DNA of 64,000 bases, taken from contig OX638292.1 in assembly GCA_951812285.1 (NCBI GenBank), positions 1,464,551 through 1,528,550 of the forward strand, given 5' to 3'. Origin of the DNA: an uncultured Dehalococcoidia bacterium. GTDB taxonomy: Bacteria > Chloroflexota > Dehalococcoidia > Lucifugimonadales > UBA1127. Both the position numbers and the translations under genes were made by a program. This document shows, piece by piece, positions 26,076-34,796 of this stretch. The notes beneath the pieces are model-generated. The model was given only the letters and a program-made list of their open reading frames with translations, was not told where the DNA came from and did not search any database. Within the stretch, counting starts at the first letter, position 1, and every line of letters starts with the position of its first letter.

Positions 26076-27293
26076 ATGCCAGACCCGTTGGTTGGTAAGC
26101 ACGTCATCCTGGGCGTCACCGGAAGCATCGCGGCCTACAAGGCAGCTGACCTAGCCAGCAAGCTCACACAGGCCGGTGCGCAGGTGGACGTCCTCCTCAC
26201 CGAGAGCGCCACGAAGTTCGTGTCTCCGCTCACCTTCCGCAGCCTCACCCACCGGGCCGTCGTGACGGAACTCTTCGACGCGGACTCTCCGGAGGCCATT
26301 GAGCACGTCGCCATTGCGCGCCGGGCCGACGCGCTGCTCATTGCGCCCGCGACGGCCAATACCATGGCGAAGCTCGCGCTCGGGCTTGCCGACGACGTCC
26401 TGACGACGACGGCGCTCGCTGTCACCGCGCCCGTGATCGTGGCGCCGGCGATGGATGCGGGCATGTGGGAGCACCCGACGGTGCAGCAAAACGCCGAGAC
26501 CCTCTTGGGGCGCGGTGCCCACATCTCCGGGCCTGGCGCCGGACGGCTGGCGTCAGGGCTGATGGGGCGCGGCCGGATGCTGGAGCCCGCTGAGCTGGTG
26601 GAGCACTTGCGCTGGGCGCTTGCGCAGAGCGGCGATCTGGAAGGGCGGCACGTGGTGGTCACGGCGGGCGGCACGCAGGAGCCCATCGACCCTGTGCGCG
26701 TTGTGACAAACCGCTCGTCTGGAAAGATGGGTTACGCAGTGGCACAGGCTGCCCGGGATCGTGGCGCACATGTCACACTTGTCACAGCAACCTCCAATCT
26801 GCCGACTCCATACGGCGTGAAGATCAACCGCGTCACGACTGTCGCGGACATGCGCTCGGCGGTGCTCGACGCATGCGCCTCTGCGGACGCGCTGGTGATG
26901 GCGGCGGCCGTGAGCGACTACCGGCCAGCAAACGTGGCCTCACAGAAGATCAAGAAGGTTGGAAATGAAGCCAGTGACGGAATTTCGCTGGCCATGGAGA
27001 AGACCAACGACTTCTTCCTGGAGGTCCCCGAGGGTGTGCTGCGCATCGGGTTTGCGGCGGAGACCGAGGACCTCATCGAGAACGCGCGCTATAAGCTGGC
27101 CTCGAAGTCGATGGCGCTCATCGTAGCCAACGATGTGACAAAGGAAGGCAGCGGCTTCGAGGTGGACACCAACCAGGTGACAATCATCGGAGCGGATGGT
27201 GTGACAAATGAGCTGCCGTTGCTCACCAAGTACGAGGTGGGTGACAAAATCCTTGACCGTGTCGTCACATTGCTTGCCAAGCGTGACGATTAG
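26076..27293 (+). CDS. coaBC: bifunctional phosphopantothenoylcysteine decarboxylase / phosphopantothenate-cysteine ligase
   Basis: 405-aa ORF. Flavoprotein domain (ILGVTGSIAAYKA, PATANTMAKLA) plus the CoaB domain (TAGGTQEPIDPVR..TNRSSGKMG). Confidence 0.9.
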   Translation: MPDPLVGKHVILGVTGSIAAYKAADLASKLTQAGAQVDVLLTESATKFVSPLTFRSLTHRAVVTELFDADSPEAIEHVAIARRADALLIAPATANTMAKLALGLADDVLTTTALAVTAPVIVAPAMDAGMWEHPTVQQNAETLLGRGAHISGPGAGRLASGLMGRGRMLEPAELVEHLRWALAQSGDLEGRHVVVTAGGTQEPIDPVRVVTNRSSGKMGYAVAQAARDRGAHVTLVTATSNLPTPYGVKINRVTTVADMRSAVLDACASADALVMAAAVSDYRPANVASQKIKKVGNEASDGISLAMEKTNDFFLEVPEGVLRIGFAAETEDLIENARYKLASKSMALIVANDVTKEGSGFEVDTNQVTIIGADGVTNELPLLTKYEVGDKILDRVVTLLAKRDD

Positions 27294-27296
27294 GTG

Positions 27297-27317
27297 ATGT
27301 CACATTGTTTGTGACAT
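27297..27317 (+). terminator. perfect inverted repeat ATGTCACA-ttgtt-TGTGACAT right after the coaBC stop (terminator or operator-like)
   Basis: 8-bp arms, 5-nt loop, followed by ACTTGTTTG. Part of a local excess of TGTCACA/TGTGACA heptamers. Confidence 0.45.
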
Positions 27318-27395
27318 ACTTGTTTGAACCCATGTTGTCACATTAACCATTATGTAGTGAACGCGTTGTCGCCATCCCACATCTTTCGTTTCGGC

Positions 27396-27511
27396 GGCAA
27401 AAAACTTGCCATCCACCGAAAACACCGTCGCGAGGACGGCCCGAAACTGCCGTTTTGGCGTGCGCGACCGTGCTGGAGACCGCTCCCATCCGGAAAAACG
27501 CCGCTTTGGGG
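27396..27511. repeat. second cluster of the CGAAAC...GTTTTG hairpin family
   Basis: GGCAAaaaacTTGCC (27396-27410), CCGTCgcgagGACGG (27425-27439), CGAAACTGCCGTTTTGG (27442-27458), CCGGAAAAACGCCGCTTTGGGG (27490-27511). Again between convergent genes. Confidence 0.55.
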
Positions 27512-27584
27512 CTCATCCGTAGCTAAGCGCGATTGCATCAGGGTCATCAGGGGCGGCGTTATGTCCATCATGCTTCCATCGGTT

Positions 27585-28859
27585 TCATTGACGCAAGTCT
27601 CCCGTGTCAGTCTCATCGGACGGAGCGCCGCCTCCCTGGCGGGCCTGTTCCTCCGGCGGGCGGATGTTGCGGAACTGGTGGAGCAGGAGGAGATCGTAGA
27701 TGACCTTCACCGTCCCGCCGATGATGAGGGGGGCGCCGGGCAGCGAGGCAGCGACGAGCTGGCCGGCGATGTAGGGCGACGGGAGCTGTCCTCCCTGCCT
27801 ACCGAGCTGGGAAAGCCCCGCCGCAACGGTCTGTTCCGCCGGGTCCACCACGGCCATCGTGTAGGACTGCCGCGTCGGCACGTCCATCTGCGAAAGGAAG
27901 CCACGGAGGAGCATCATGCTGACCGCCAACCACGCGAGAGGCGCGAATGCCATTCCTATAGACAGCAGGTTCGCGGGGATGTGCGTAAATACCATCGTGT
28001 TGAGTAGGCCGATACGCTTTGCCAGCCATACGGCAATGAAGGCAGACAGGCTGCTGAGAACGTTGACGCCGAAGAAGACTCCGGCGAGGGACTCCAGCGA
28101 CAGGTCAAACCGGATGCTGAACCAGTAGGCCATGAAGGTCTGGACCATGAGCCCGTCACCTGCGGAGTCCATCGCACCGAGGGCCGTCAGCCTGTAGATG
28201 ATGCCTTTCGAGCGGCGGGGCCATGAGAACAGCGAGCGCCTCCCCTCAGTCGCAGGGGCTTCGGCGGCCGAGGACAGCCGCGTGAATACAAGGACGATCA
28301 GAACGCCGACGCACGCGTACAGGAAGAACATGACGCGGTAGGCGTCGAGCGCTTCCACGCCGAGCACGCGTTCCAAGATCACCGGCATGCTGCTGAACAG
28401 GGCGCCGAGAGCTGCCGACATCCCGCGGATGACGTGGTAGTAGGCGAAGAGCGTCGTGCGGTTGGTATCGAGGGTGGAGCGTGCGAGGATGGGCTGCTCG
28501 AGCGCGCCGTGTGCGCCGCGGTCGGCGCCGCCAAGGCCAAAACCCGCGAAGCCGGCGACGAGGAGCAACGGGAGGAAAGACTCGGTCAGCGGAAAGAGGG
28601 CGCCACCCAGGATGGTGAGGAGGGTCAGGGCGATGAAGAACCGCTTACGGCCAATGCGGTCGGCGAAGAGGGAGGCGAGCATGATGAAAAAGGTGCTACC
28701 TGCCAAGACCGCAGCAAGAACAGCGCCAATCCTTACGGCGTCGAGTCCCGTCTCGGCCAAGTAGAGGCCGAGCATGACGCTAACGAAGCCGACGGAGAAC
28801 GAGCGCAGGCTGGAAGTCAGCAGTACAAGGCGGCCGTCGGGGGCGAGCCATCTTAGCAC
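27585..28859 (-). CDS. MFS transporter (424 aa), downstream copy of a tandem pair
   Basis: 12-TM-like hydrophobic profile. The GTG start shares its G with the TAG stop of the upstream copy (TAGTG). Confidence 0.8.
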   Translation of the reverse strand: MLRWLAPDGRLVLLTSSLRSFSVGFVSVMLGLYLAETGLDAVRIGAVLAAVLAGSTFFIMLASLFADRIGRKRFFIALTLLTILGGALFPLTESFLPLLLVAGFAGFGLGGADRGAHGALEQPILARSTLDTNRTTLFAYYHVIRGMSAALGALFSSMPVILERVLGVEALDAYRVMFFLYACVGVLIVLVFTRLSSAAEAPATEGRRSLFSWPRRSKGIIYRLTALGAMDSAGDGLMVQTFMAYWFSIRFDLSLESLAGVFFGVNVLSSLSAFIAVWLAKRIGLLNTMVFTHIPANLLSIGMAFAPLAWLAVSMMLLRGFLSQMDVPTRQSYTMAVVDPAEQTVAAGLSQLGRQGGQLPSPYIAGQLVAASLPGAPLIIGGTVKVIYDLLLLHQFRNIRPPEEQARQGGGAPSDETDTGDLRQ

Positions 28860-30133
28860 TAGCTCGCTCCTTCAGCGGGGGTAGTCGCTCTTGCATCGGC
28901 CTGTTCCGGCTGGCGGACCTGCTCCTCCGGCGGGCGGACGTTGCGGAACTGCTGCCAGAGGAGGAGGTCGTAGACGATCTTGATGAGGCCGCCCGCAATC
29001 AGCGGGGCGCTGGTGAGCGATGCGGCGACCAAGAGACCCGAGATGTATGGGGAAGGCATCTGCCCGCCCTGCCGGCCCAACGTCGACACGCCGGCGGCGA
29101 CGGTCTGCTCCTCGGGGGCGACGACGGCCATCGTGAAAGACTGGCGCGTGGGGACGTCCATCTGCGACATGGACTCGCGAAGCAGCAACATAGCTACTGT
29201 GAGCCACGCGAAGGGTGAGAAGGCCATCGCAACGATGAGGAGATTCGCGGGGATGTGCGTCCACACCATGGTGTTGATGAGACCGATGCGCCTGGCGAGC
29301 CATGCCGCCATGATGGCCGAGAAGCTGCTGATGATGTTGGCGGCGAAGAAGACGCCTGCCAGCGACTCGAGTGTTAGGTCGTAGCGGAGGCTGAACCAGT
29401 AGGCGAGGAAGGTCTGGAACATGAAGCCGCCGCCGAAGGAGTCCATCGCGCCGAGGGCGGCGAGCCTGTAGATGATGCCCTTGGAGCGACGCGGGAGGGT
29501 GATGCCGACGCGGCGGCCATCGACGGCGCGTGCCTCTGCGGCCGGGGTGAGCCGCAGGTAGACAAGGGTCACGAGCGCGCCAACGCCGGCGTAGAGGAAG
29601 AACATCAGCCGGTAGCCGTCGAGGAGGTCCATGTCCAGGGTGTTCTCCAGGATGACGGGCATGCCGCTACAGAGCGCGCCGACCGCGGAGGCGAGGCCGC
29701 CGATAACGTTGTAGTAAGCGAAGAGCATCGTGCGGCGCTCGGCGGGGGCGGCCCTCGCGAGGACGGGCTGCTCAAGCGAGCTCTGCGCCGCGCGGTCCTT
29801 GCCGCCGAGGCCGAAACCGGCCATGCCTCCGACGAACAGGAGCAGGACGAAAGAGTCGGTCAGGGGGAAGAGGGCACCGCCGATAATGGTGAGCATGCTG
29901 AGGGACATGAAGGAGCGCTTGCGTCCGAAGTGGTCGGCGAAGAGGGACGCGAGGGTGGTGAAGAAGGCGTTGCCGGCAAGCACGGCGGCGAGCACCGCGC
30001 CGACGCGGACCGGGTCGAGGCCAGTCTCCCTCAGGTAGAGGGCCAAGAGGACGCTGACAAAGCCGACGGCGAACGAGCGCAGGCTGGTCGTCAGCAGGAT
30101 GAGGCGACCATCAGGGGCGAGCCAGGGCAGCAC
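28859..30133 (-). CDS. MFS transporter (424 aa), upstream copy of a tandem pair
   Basis: Colinear with 27585..28859 (MLPWLAPDGRLILLTTSLRSFAVGFVSV vs MLRWLAPDGRLVLLTSSLRSFSVGFVSV). Starts 4 nt after the valS stop. Confidence 0.8.
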   Translation of the reverse strand: MLPWLAPDGRLILLTTSLRSFAVGFVSVLLALYLRETGLDPVRVGAVLAAVLAGNAFFTTLASLFADHFGRKRSFMSLSMLTIIGGALFPLTDSFVLLLFVGGMAGFGLGGKDRAAQSSLEQPVLARAAPAERRTMLFAYYNVIGGLASAVGALCSGMPVILENTLDMDLLDGYRLMFFLYAGVGALVTLVYLRLTPAAEARAVDGRRVGITLPRRSKGIIYRLAALGAMDSFGGGFMFQTFLAYWFSLRYDLTLESLAGVFFAANIISSFSAIMAAWLARRIGLINTMVWTHIPANLLIVAMAFSPFAWLTVAMLLLRESMSQMDVPTRQSFTMAVVAPEEQTVAAGVSTLGRQGGQMPSPYISGLLVAASLTSAPLIAGGLIKIVYDLLLWQQFRNVRPPEEQVRQPEQADARATTPAEGAS

Positions 30134-30137
30134 TGGC

Positions 30138-32807
30138 TCACTCGCTCAACTGGGTGAGAAGCTCCTGGAGCCGGGCCTTCCGTTCCTCCGTTGCGCGTTG
30201 GCGGTCCCGTTCCCGCTCGACGACCTCTTCCGGCGCCTTCTCCAGGAACTGAGCGTCGGAGAGGCGGGCACCGAGGCGTTCGAGCGCCTGCTGGGCGTCG
30301 GCCAGCTCGCCGGACAGGCGCATGCGCTCGGCGCCAATGTCGACGAGGCCCTCGAGGGGGATGGCCATGACTGCTCCGCCTACAACGGCGGTTGCGGCAC
30401 CGGTGGTTGGTAGCTGGTCCCGGCCTTCCAGGAAGCGGAGGGGCTCGACGCGGGCGAGGGCCCGGATGAGGGGCGCCTCGGCCTCGAGCGCGGACTGGGG
30501 AGCCCCGGGGTCGACCAGCAGCTCCAGCGGCTGTGCCGGCGGGATGCGGAACTCGGCGCGGGCGTTGCGTACCAAGCGGATCGCCTCGCGAACGGAGGCG
30601 ATCGCATCCTCGGCTGCGTCGTCGAACGCGGAGGCGTCGGCGACGGGGTAGGGCGCCACCATGATGGACGGGGCGAGCTCGCGCTCGCGGGGTACGCGGG
30701 CGACGAGGTTTGACCAGGCCTCCTCGGTGACGAAGGGCATGAAGGGGTGGAGGAGCCGCAGCGTGGTCTCGAGCACGTGCACGAGCATGGGCACGGGCGA
30801 GGGGCCGTCGGCGCTGCGGATGCGCACCTTGGCGGCCTCAATGTACCAGTCGCAGAACTCGCTCCAGAGAAACTCGTAGATGGACTGCTCCGCCTCGCCG
30901 AGCTGGTAGTCCTCGAGCTGGCGGTTCACGCGGGCGACGAGGCGGTTGAGGCTGCTCTTGATCCAGCGGTCCTCGAGGTGGACGGCAGGCGGGTCGCTCC
31001 AGCCGGTGAGATCATCGGCCTCCTCCATCGCGCGTGCGACGTAGCGGGCCGCGTTCCAGATCTTGTTGGCAAAGTTGCGCGCGGCCTCGAGCTTGCTGGC
31101 GCCGAGACGGGCGTCGTTGCCGGGGGCGTTGCCGACGGTCAGGGCGAAGCGCAGGGCGTCGCAGCCGTACTGGTCGATGGCGTCGAGCGGGTCGAGCACG
31201 TTGCCGCGGGTCTTGCTCATCTTCGCGCCCTCTACGTCGCGGATGAGGCCGCTCAGGAAAACGGTGTGGAAGGGCGCTTTGCCGGTGTTTTCGATGCCCA
31301 GCATGATCATGCGGGCCACCCAAAAGAAGAGGATGTCGTGGGCAGTTTCCATGACGCTGGTGGGGTAGAAATAGCCGAGATCCTCCGTCTCGTCCGGCCA
31401 CCCGAGGGTGGAGTGCGTCCAGAGGCCGGAGGAGAACCAGGTGTCCAGCATGTCCTCGTCCTGGGTGAGGTCACGGGAGCCGCAGTGGGGGCAGGCGTCG
31501 GGGTCCTCGTACTCGACGATCTCCTGATCGCAGGCGCCGCAGTACCAGACCGGGATGCGGTGGCCCCACCAGAGCTGGCGGCTAATGCACCAGTCGCGGA
31601 GGTTCTCCATCCAGTTCTCGTAGATACGGGTGAAGCGCTCTGGGACGATGCGCACCGTGCCGTCGCGCACGACGTCCAGGGCGGGCTTGGCGAGCGGAGC
31701 GATGCGCACGAACCACTGCTTGCTGACCATGGGCTCCACGACCTGGTCGCAGCGCTGACAGTGGCCGACGGCGTGGCGGTGGTCCTCGACGAGCTCCAGC
31801 AGGCCGTCGCGCTGCAGATCTTCCACGATCTGGATGCGAGCCTGGAAGCGGTCGAGGCCCTCATAGGGGCCGGCTTCGGCGTTCATGGCGCCGTTGGGGT
31901 GCATGACGGTGACGATGGGGAGGCCGTGGCGCTCGCCGAGATCGAAGTCCGTCGGGTCATGGCCGGGCGTCACCTTGAGGGCGCCGGTGCCGAAATCGGT
32001 CTCGACGGCCTCGTCGCCGACGACGGGGATGCGCCGGCCGAGCACGGGGAGCACGACGTCCTTGCCGATGAAGGCCGCGTAGCGCGGGTCCTCCGGGTTC
32101 ACGGCCACGCCCGTGTCGCCGAGGAGGGTCTCGGGGCGCGTGGTGGCGACGGTTAGCCGGCCGTTGCCGTTGGCGAGCGGGTAGTGGATGTAGTAGAGGT
32201 TGCCATCGGTCTCGCGGTGCTCCACCTCCAGGTCGGAGAGGGCGGTGGCGCAGCGGGGGCACCAGTTGATGATGCGCTCTCCGCGGTAGATGAGGCCCTT
32301 GCGGTAGAGGTTAACGAAGGTGTGGCGCACGGCGCGGCTGGGTCGGGGGTCCAGCGTGAAGACCTCTCGCGACCAGTCACAGCTTACGCCGAGGCGACGG
32401 TGCTGCTCGCTGATGCGGCCTCGCGACTTGCCGACCCAGTCCCAGACGCGCTCTTGGAACTTCTCGCGGCCGAGGTCGTGGCGGGTCAGGCCCTCGGCAG
32501 CTAGCTCACGCTCGACCACGACCTGCGTCGCGATGCCGGCGTGGTCGAGGCCGGGGAGCCAGAGGGCGGCGTCGCCAAGCATGCGATGCCATCGCGTGAG
32601 GGCGTCCTCGACTGTGGCGCGCTGGGCGTGGCCGAGGTGGAGCTCGCCGGTGACGTTGGGCGGCGGCTGGATGACGACGAAGGGGCGCTTGGCCGGGTCG
32701 ATGGTTGGGGTGAAGTACCCGGCGTCCAGCCACTTCTGGTAGAGGCGCTGCTCTACGGAGGCCGGGTCATAGGCGCTTGGAAGCTGCTGCGGGGTCTCGA
32801 GGGTCAT
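30138..32807 (-). CDS. valS: valine--tRNA ligase
   Basis: 889-aa ORF. PPNVTGELHLGHA (HIGH), KMSKTRGN (KMSKS), editing domain and C-terminal coiled coil. Confidence 0.93.
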   Translation of the reverse strand: MTLETPQQLPSAYDPASVEQRLYQKWLDAGYFTPTIDPAKRPFVVIQPPPNVTGELHLGHAQRATVEDALTRWHRMLGDAALWLPGLDHAGIATQVVVERELAAEGLTRHDLGREKFQERVWDWVGKSRGRISEQHRRLGVSCDWSREVFTLDPRPSRAVRHTFVNLYRKGLIYRGERIINWCPRCATALSDLEVEHRETDGNLYYIHYPLANGNGRLTVATTRPETLLGDTGVAVNPEDPRYAAFIGKDVVLPVLGRRIPVVGDEAVETDFGTGALKVTPGHDPTDFDLGERHGLPIVTVMHPNGAMNAEAGPYEGLDRFQARIQIVEDLQRDGLLELVEDHRHAVGHCQRCDQVVEPMVSKQWFVRIAPLAKPALDVVRDGTVRIVPERFTRIYENWMENLRDWCISRQLWWGHRIPVWYCGACDQEIVEYEDPDACPHCGSRDLTQDEDMLDTWFSSGLWTHSTLGWPDETEDLGYFYPTSVMETAHDILFFWVARMIMLGIENTGKAPFHTVFLSGLIRDVEGAKMSKTRGNVLDPLDAIDQYGCDALRFALTVGNAPGNDARLGASKLEAARNFANKIWNAARYVARAMEEADDLTGWSDPPAVHLEDRWIKSSLNRLVARVNRQLEDYQLGEAEQSIYEFLWSEFCDWYIEAAKVRIRSADGPSPVPMLVHVLETTLRLLHPFMPFVTEEAWSNLVARVPRERELAPSIMVAPYPVADASAFDDAAEDAIASVREAIRLVRNARAEFRIPPAQPLELLVDPGAPQSALEAEAPLIRALARVEPLRFLEGRDQLPTTGAATAVVGGAVMAIPLEGLVDIGAERMRLSGELADAQQALERLGARLSDAQFLEKAPEEVVERERDRQRATEERKARLQELLTQLSE

Positions 32808-33236
32808 TCTGCCGCCTGTTCAATGGGATTTGGCCGCCAGGGCCGTCGCCCGGGGCACTTTCCATTGTAGCGCATGGCGTCGAGGGAGACGGACTTGGGG
32901 TCGTGGGTCGGCCGAGGGCGCGAGGACCGGGTGGGACTAAGACGATGGCAAGCCTTATCTGGGAAACAATTCCTATCTGGAATTGGCAGTTTCGCATACG
33001 AGTTGTTTTTCGTAACAATTCCCGCGTGTTCTCGACGATTACCGTCATCGTGGTCGGGCGGCGAGCCTCGGGTGGCTGTGGGTCGAGTGATCCATGGAGG
33101 GAGGGTAAAGGGGATTTGAGGTTTGGGGCAAGGGGGAAGTGGCAGGGTGGGGTGCGGCCTTCGACGGGATCGGGTTGGACGGGGCATGAGAGGTCGACTG
33201 TCCGCGAATCGCACGTACGCGAGAGGGCCCCGCCCA

Positions 33237-33346
33237 TGGATACCGGCCTCCGCCGGTATGGAGGTTGGGGGTGGTGTGGGTGGTAGACGTTATTCTTGCG
33301 GGGATGCCCCCGCTCCGCGCCTCTGGATTCCTGCCTTCGCAGGAAT
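33237..33346. repeat. two palindromic REP-like units (ATACCGGC-ctcc-GCCGGTAT and ATTCCTGC-cttc-GCAGGAAT)
   Basis: Hairpins at 33240-33259 and 33327-33346. They translate as ..WIPASAGM.. and ..WIPAFAGMT.. in the spurious ORF 33123..33455. Confidence 0.65.
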
Positions 33347-33446
33347 GACGACGGGGTGGGCGGGAATGACGACGGGGTGGGTGGGAATGACGACGGGGTG
33401 GGCGGGAATGACGACGGGGTGGGCAGGAATGACGCGGGGGCGGACT
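33342..33446. repeat. 21-bp tandem repeat, 4 good copies + 1 degenerate (GGAATGACGACGGGGTGGGYG)
   Basis: Unit starts at 33342, 33363, 33384, 33405 and 33426 (exact 21-bp period). The first unit overlaps the right arm of the 33327-33346 hairpin. Confidence 0.85.
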
Positions 33447-33537
33447 ATGGAGTGACGGTTGGGGAGTAGGAACGACGTGGGGGCGCTACCGCCATTTCTG
33501 GGACCCTTTGGCGGGCTCAGGGCGAACTGTGCTATGC

Positions 33538-33990
33538 CTACTGCGGGGTGCGGTCTCCGAAGGCTACTACTATGCGCTGGTCGTCCTCGAAGACTATGTC
33601 CCGGTAGTTGTCCTCGTAGCGGACGCCGTTGAGGGAGACGTTTTCTACGGTGGCGTTGGGGCGGGTGGAGGGGTTGTCGGGCCAGACGTCGAAGAAGTCG
33701 CCCACGGTGTAACTCTTGTCGCCGACGATGTAGACGTAGGAGGAGTTGTCTATGGTGTGGACGGGGCGGATGCAGGTGTCGTTGACTCCAATGCCCTCGG
33801 GGAGGAACTCGGGGGTGCCGTTCCAGACGGTGACGAGGGTGACGCGGATGCCGGAGGCGCGGTCGGTTTCGTCGACGCAGGCGGTGGTGGCGTCGTCGGC
33901 GAGGTCCGTGCCACAGGCGGCTGCGGCGAGCGACAGGGTGAGGGCTGCCGCAAGGGTGATGGCGAGGCGCATGTATCGCTTGGGGCTCAT
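33538..33990 (-). CDS. hypothetical secreted lipoprotein (150 aa)
   Basis: ATG 33990 after AAGGAC. Signal peptide plus lipobox LAAAAC. The 236-aa listed ORF is an unsupported extension. Confidence 0.6.
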   Translation of the reverse strand: MSPKRYMRLAITLAAALTLSLAAAACGTDLADDATTACVDETDRASGIRVTLVTVWNGTPEFLPEGIGVNDTCIRPVHTIDNSSYVYIVGDKSYTVGDFFDVWPDNPSTRPNATVENVSLNGVRYEDNYRDIVFEDDQRIVVAFGDRTPQ

Positions 33991-34037
33991 CTGTTTGTCC
34001 TTGGCGCTTAAGGTTTGATGCGGGCGTCGCAAGGCTG

Positions 34038-34796
34038 TTATCGCCGATGGGTGGCCAAGTGTGCTGCTAGCTCCTCGGCGGCGACTGAGGGGAGGGCGCC
34101 GAGGCGCTCGTGGAGCCACTCCAGCGCCTTGCGGGTGTCGCTGGCGACGCGGGCCGGGTCGGAACGGTAGACGCGCAGCTTGAAGAGCCAGTAGGTGAAT
34201 GCCTTGAGCTCGGTGCCGGGCGCGTCGTCGGGGTCGCTCAGGGGCCATTCGGCGCGGAACTCCGCAAGGAGCTCGCGACGGGGGCGGCCGTAGATCTTGC
34301 CGAAAACGTCGTCGGTCACGCCGCGGCGGGCCCGGACGCCGAGGCTCATGCGTTCCTTGCGGACCTCCTGCTGCACGGCGAGCTGGAGGGCCTGCTCCAC
34401 GGTGACGCCATACCAGTAGTTCAAGTATGAGCGGTACTTGGTGACGCCGAGGAGTCGGCGCACCTCTTCCATGGGCATCTCAAGCATGAAGTGGCCCGTG
34501 TGGAGCTTGTTGCGGCGCTCGTCGTCGGGGATGAGCTGGACGACCTCGGCGCCGAGGCGGCGGGCGAGGAGGAGCCAGTCAAAGGCCTCGCCGAGGAGGA
34601 GGTAGCGGCGGTGGACGCCGCCGATGGTCTCCTCCGGCATGGTCCACTGTTCCATGGCCTGGAGCAGGGCTTCCTGCCAGGGGTGTCCGTTCTCGACGGC
34701 CTGCCGGAGGCGGAGGGTGGTCTGGGCGACCTGCGCCTCCTCGGAGACGGCGCCGTCGACGGTGGCGGTGCGGCCGCGCGTTCGAGAGCCCGTCAT
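34038..34796 (-). CDS. hypothetical protein (252 aa, no domain recognised), translationally coupled to the upstream PolX-N-like gene
   Basis: ATGA start/stop overlap at 34793-34796. Good GC3 bias. No motif I can assign. Confidence 0.6.
   Translation of the reverse strand: MTGSRTRGRTATVDGAVSEEAQVAQTTLRLRQAVENGHPWQEALLQAMEQWTMPEETIGGVHRRYLLLGEAFDWLLLARRLGAEVVQLIPDDERRNKLHTGHFMLEMPMEEVRRLLGVTKYRSYLNYWYGVTVEQALQLAVQQEVRKERMSLGVRARRGVTDDVFGKIYGRPRRELLAEFRAEWPLSDPDDAPGTELKAFTYWLFKLRVYRSDPARVASDTRKALEWLHERLGALPSVAAEELAAHLATHRR

Noticed and set aside
32808-33130. Possible T-box riboswitch leader for valS.
   Set aside because: No specifier-loop/T-box (GGUGGNACCGCG-like) sequence and no terminator/antiterminator pair were found on the valS strand. 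This was only a visual inspection, so an Infernal scan would be decisive.
33123-33455. 110-aa ORF with repeated GMTTGWA heptads as a repeat protein.
   Set aside because: The periodicity comes from the 21-bp DNA tandem repeat and REP-like palindromes. There is no RBS, it overlaps palindromic elements, and the PAFAGMT-type peptides are a known kind of annotation artefact (from memory).
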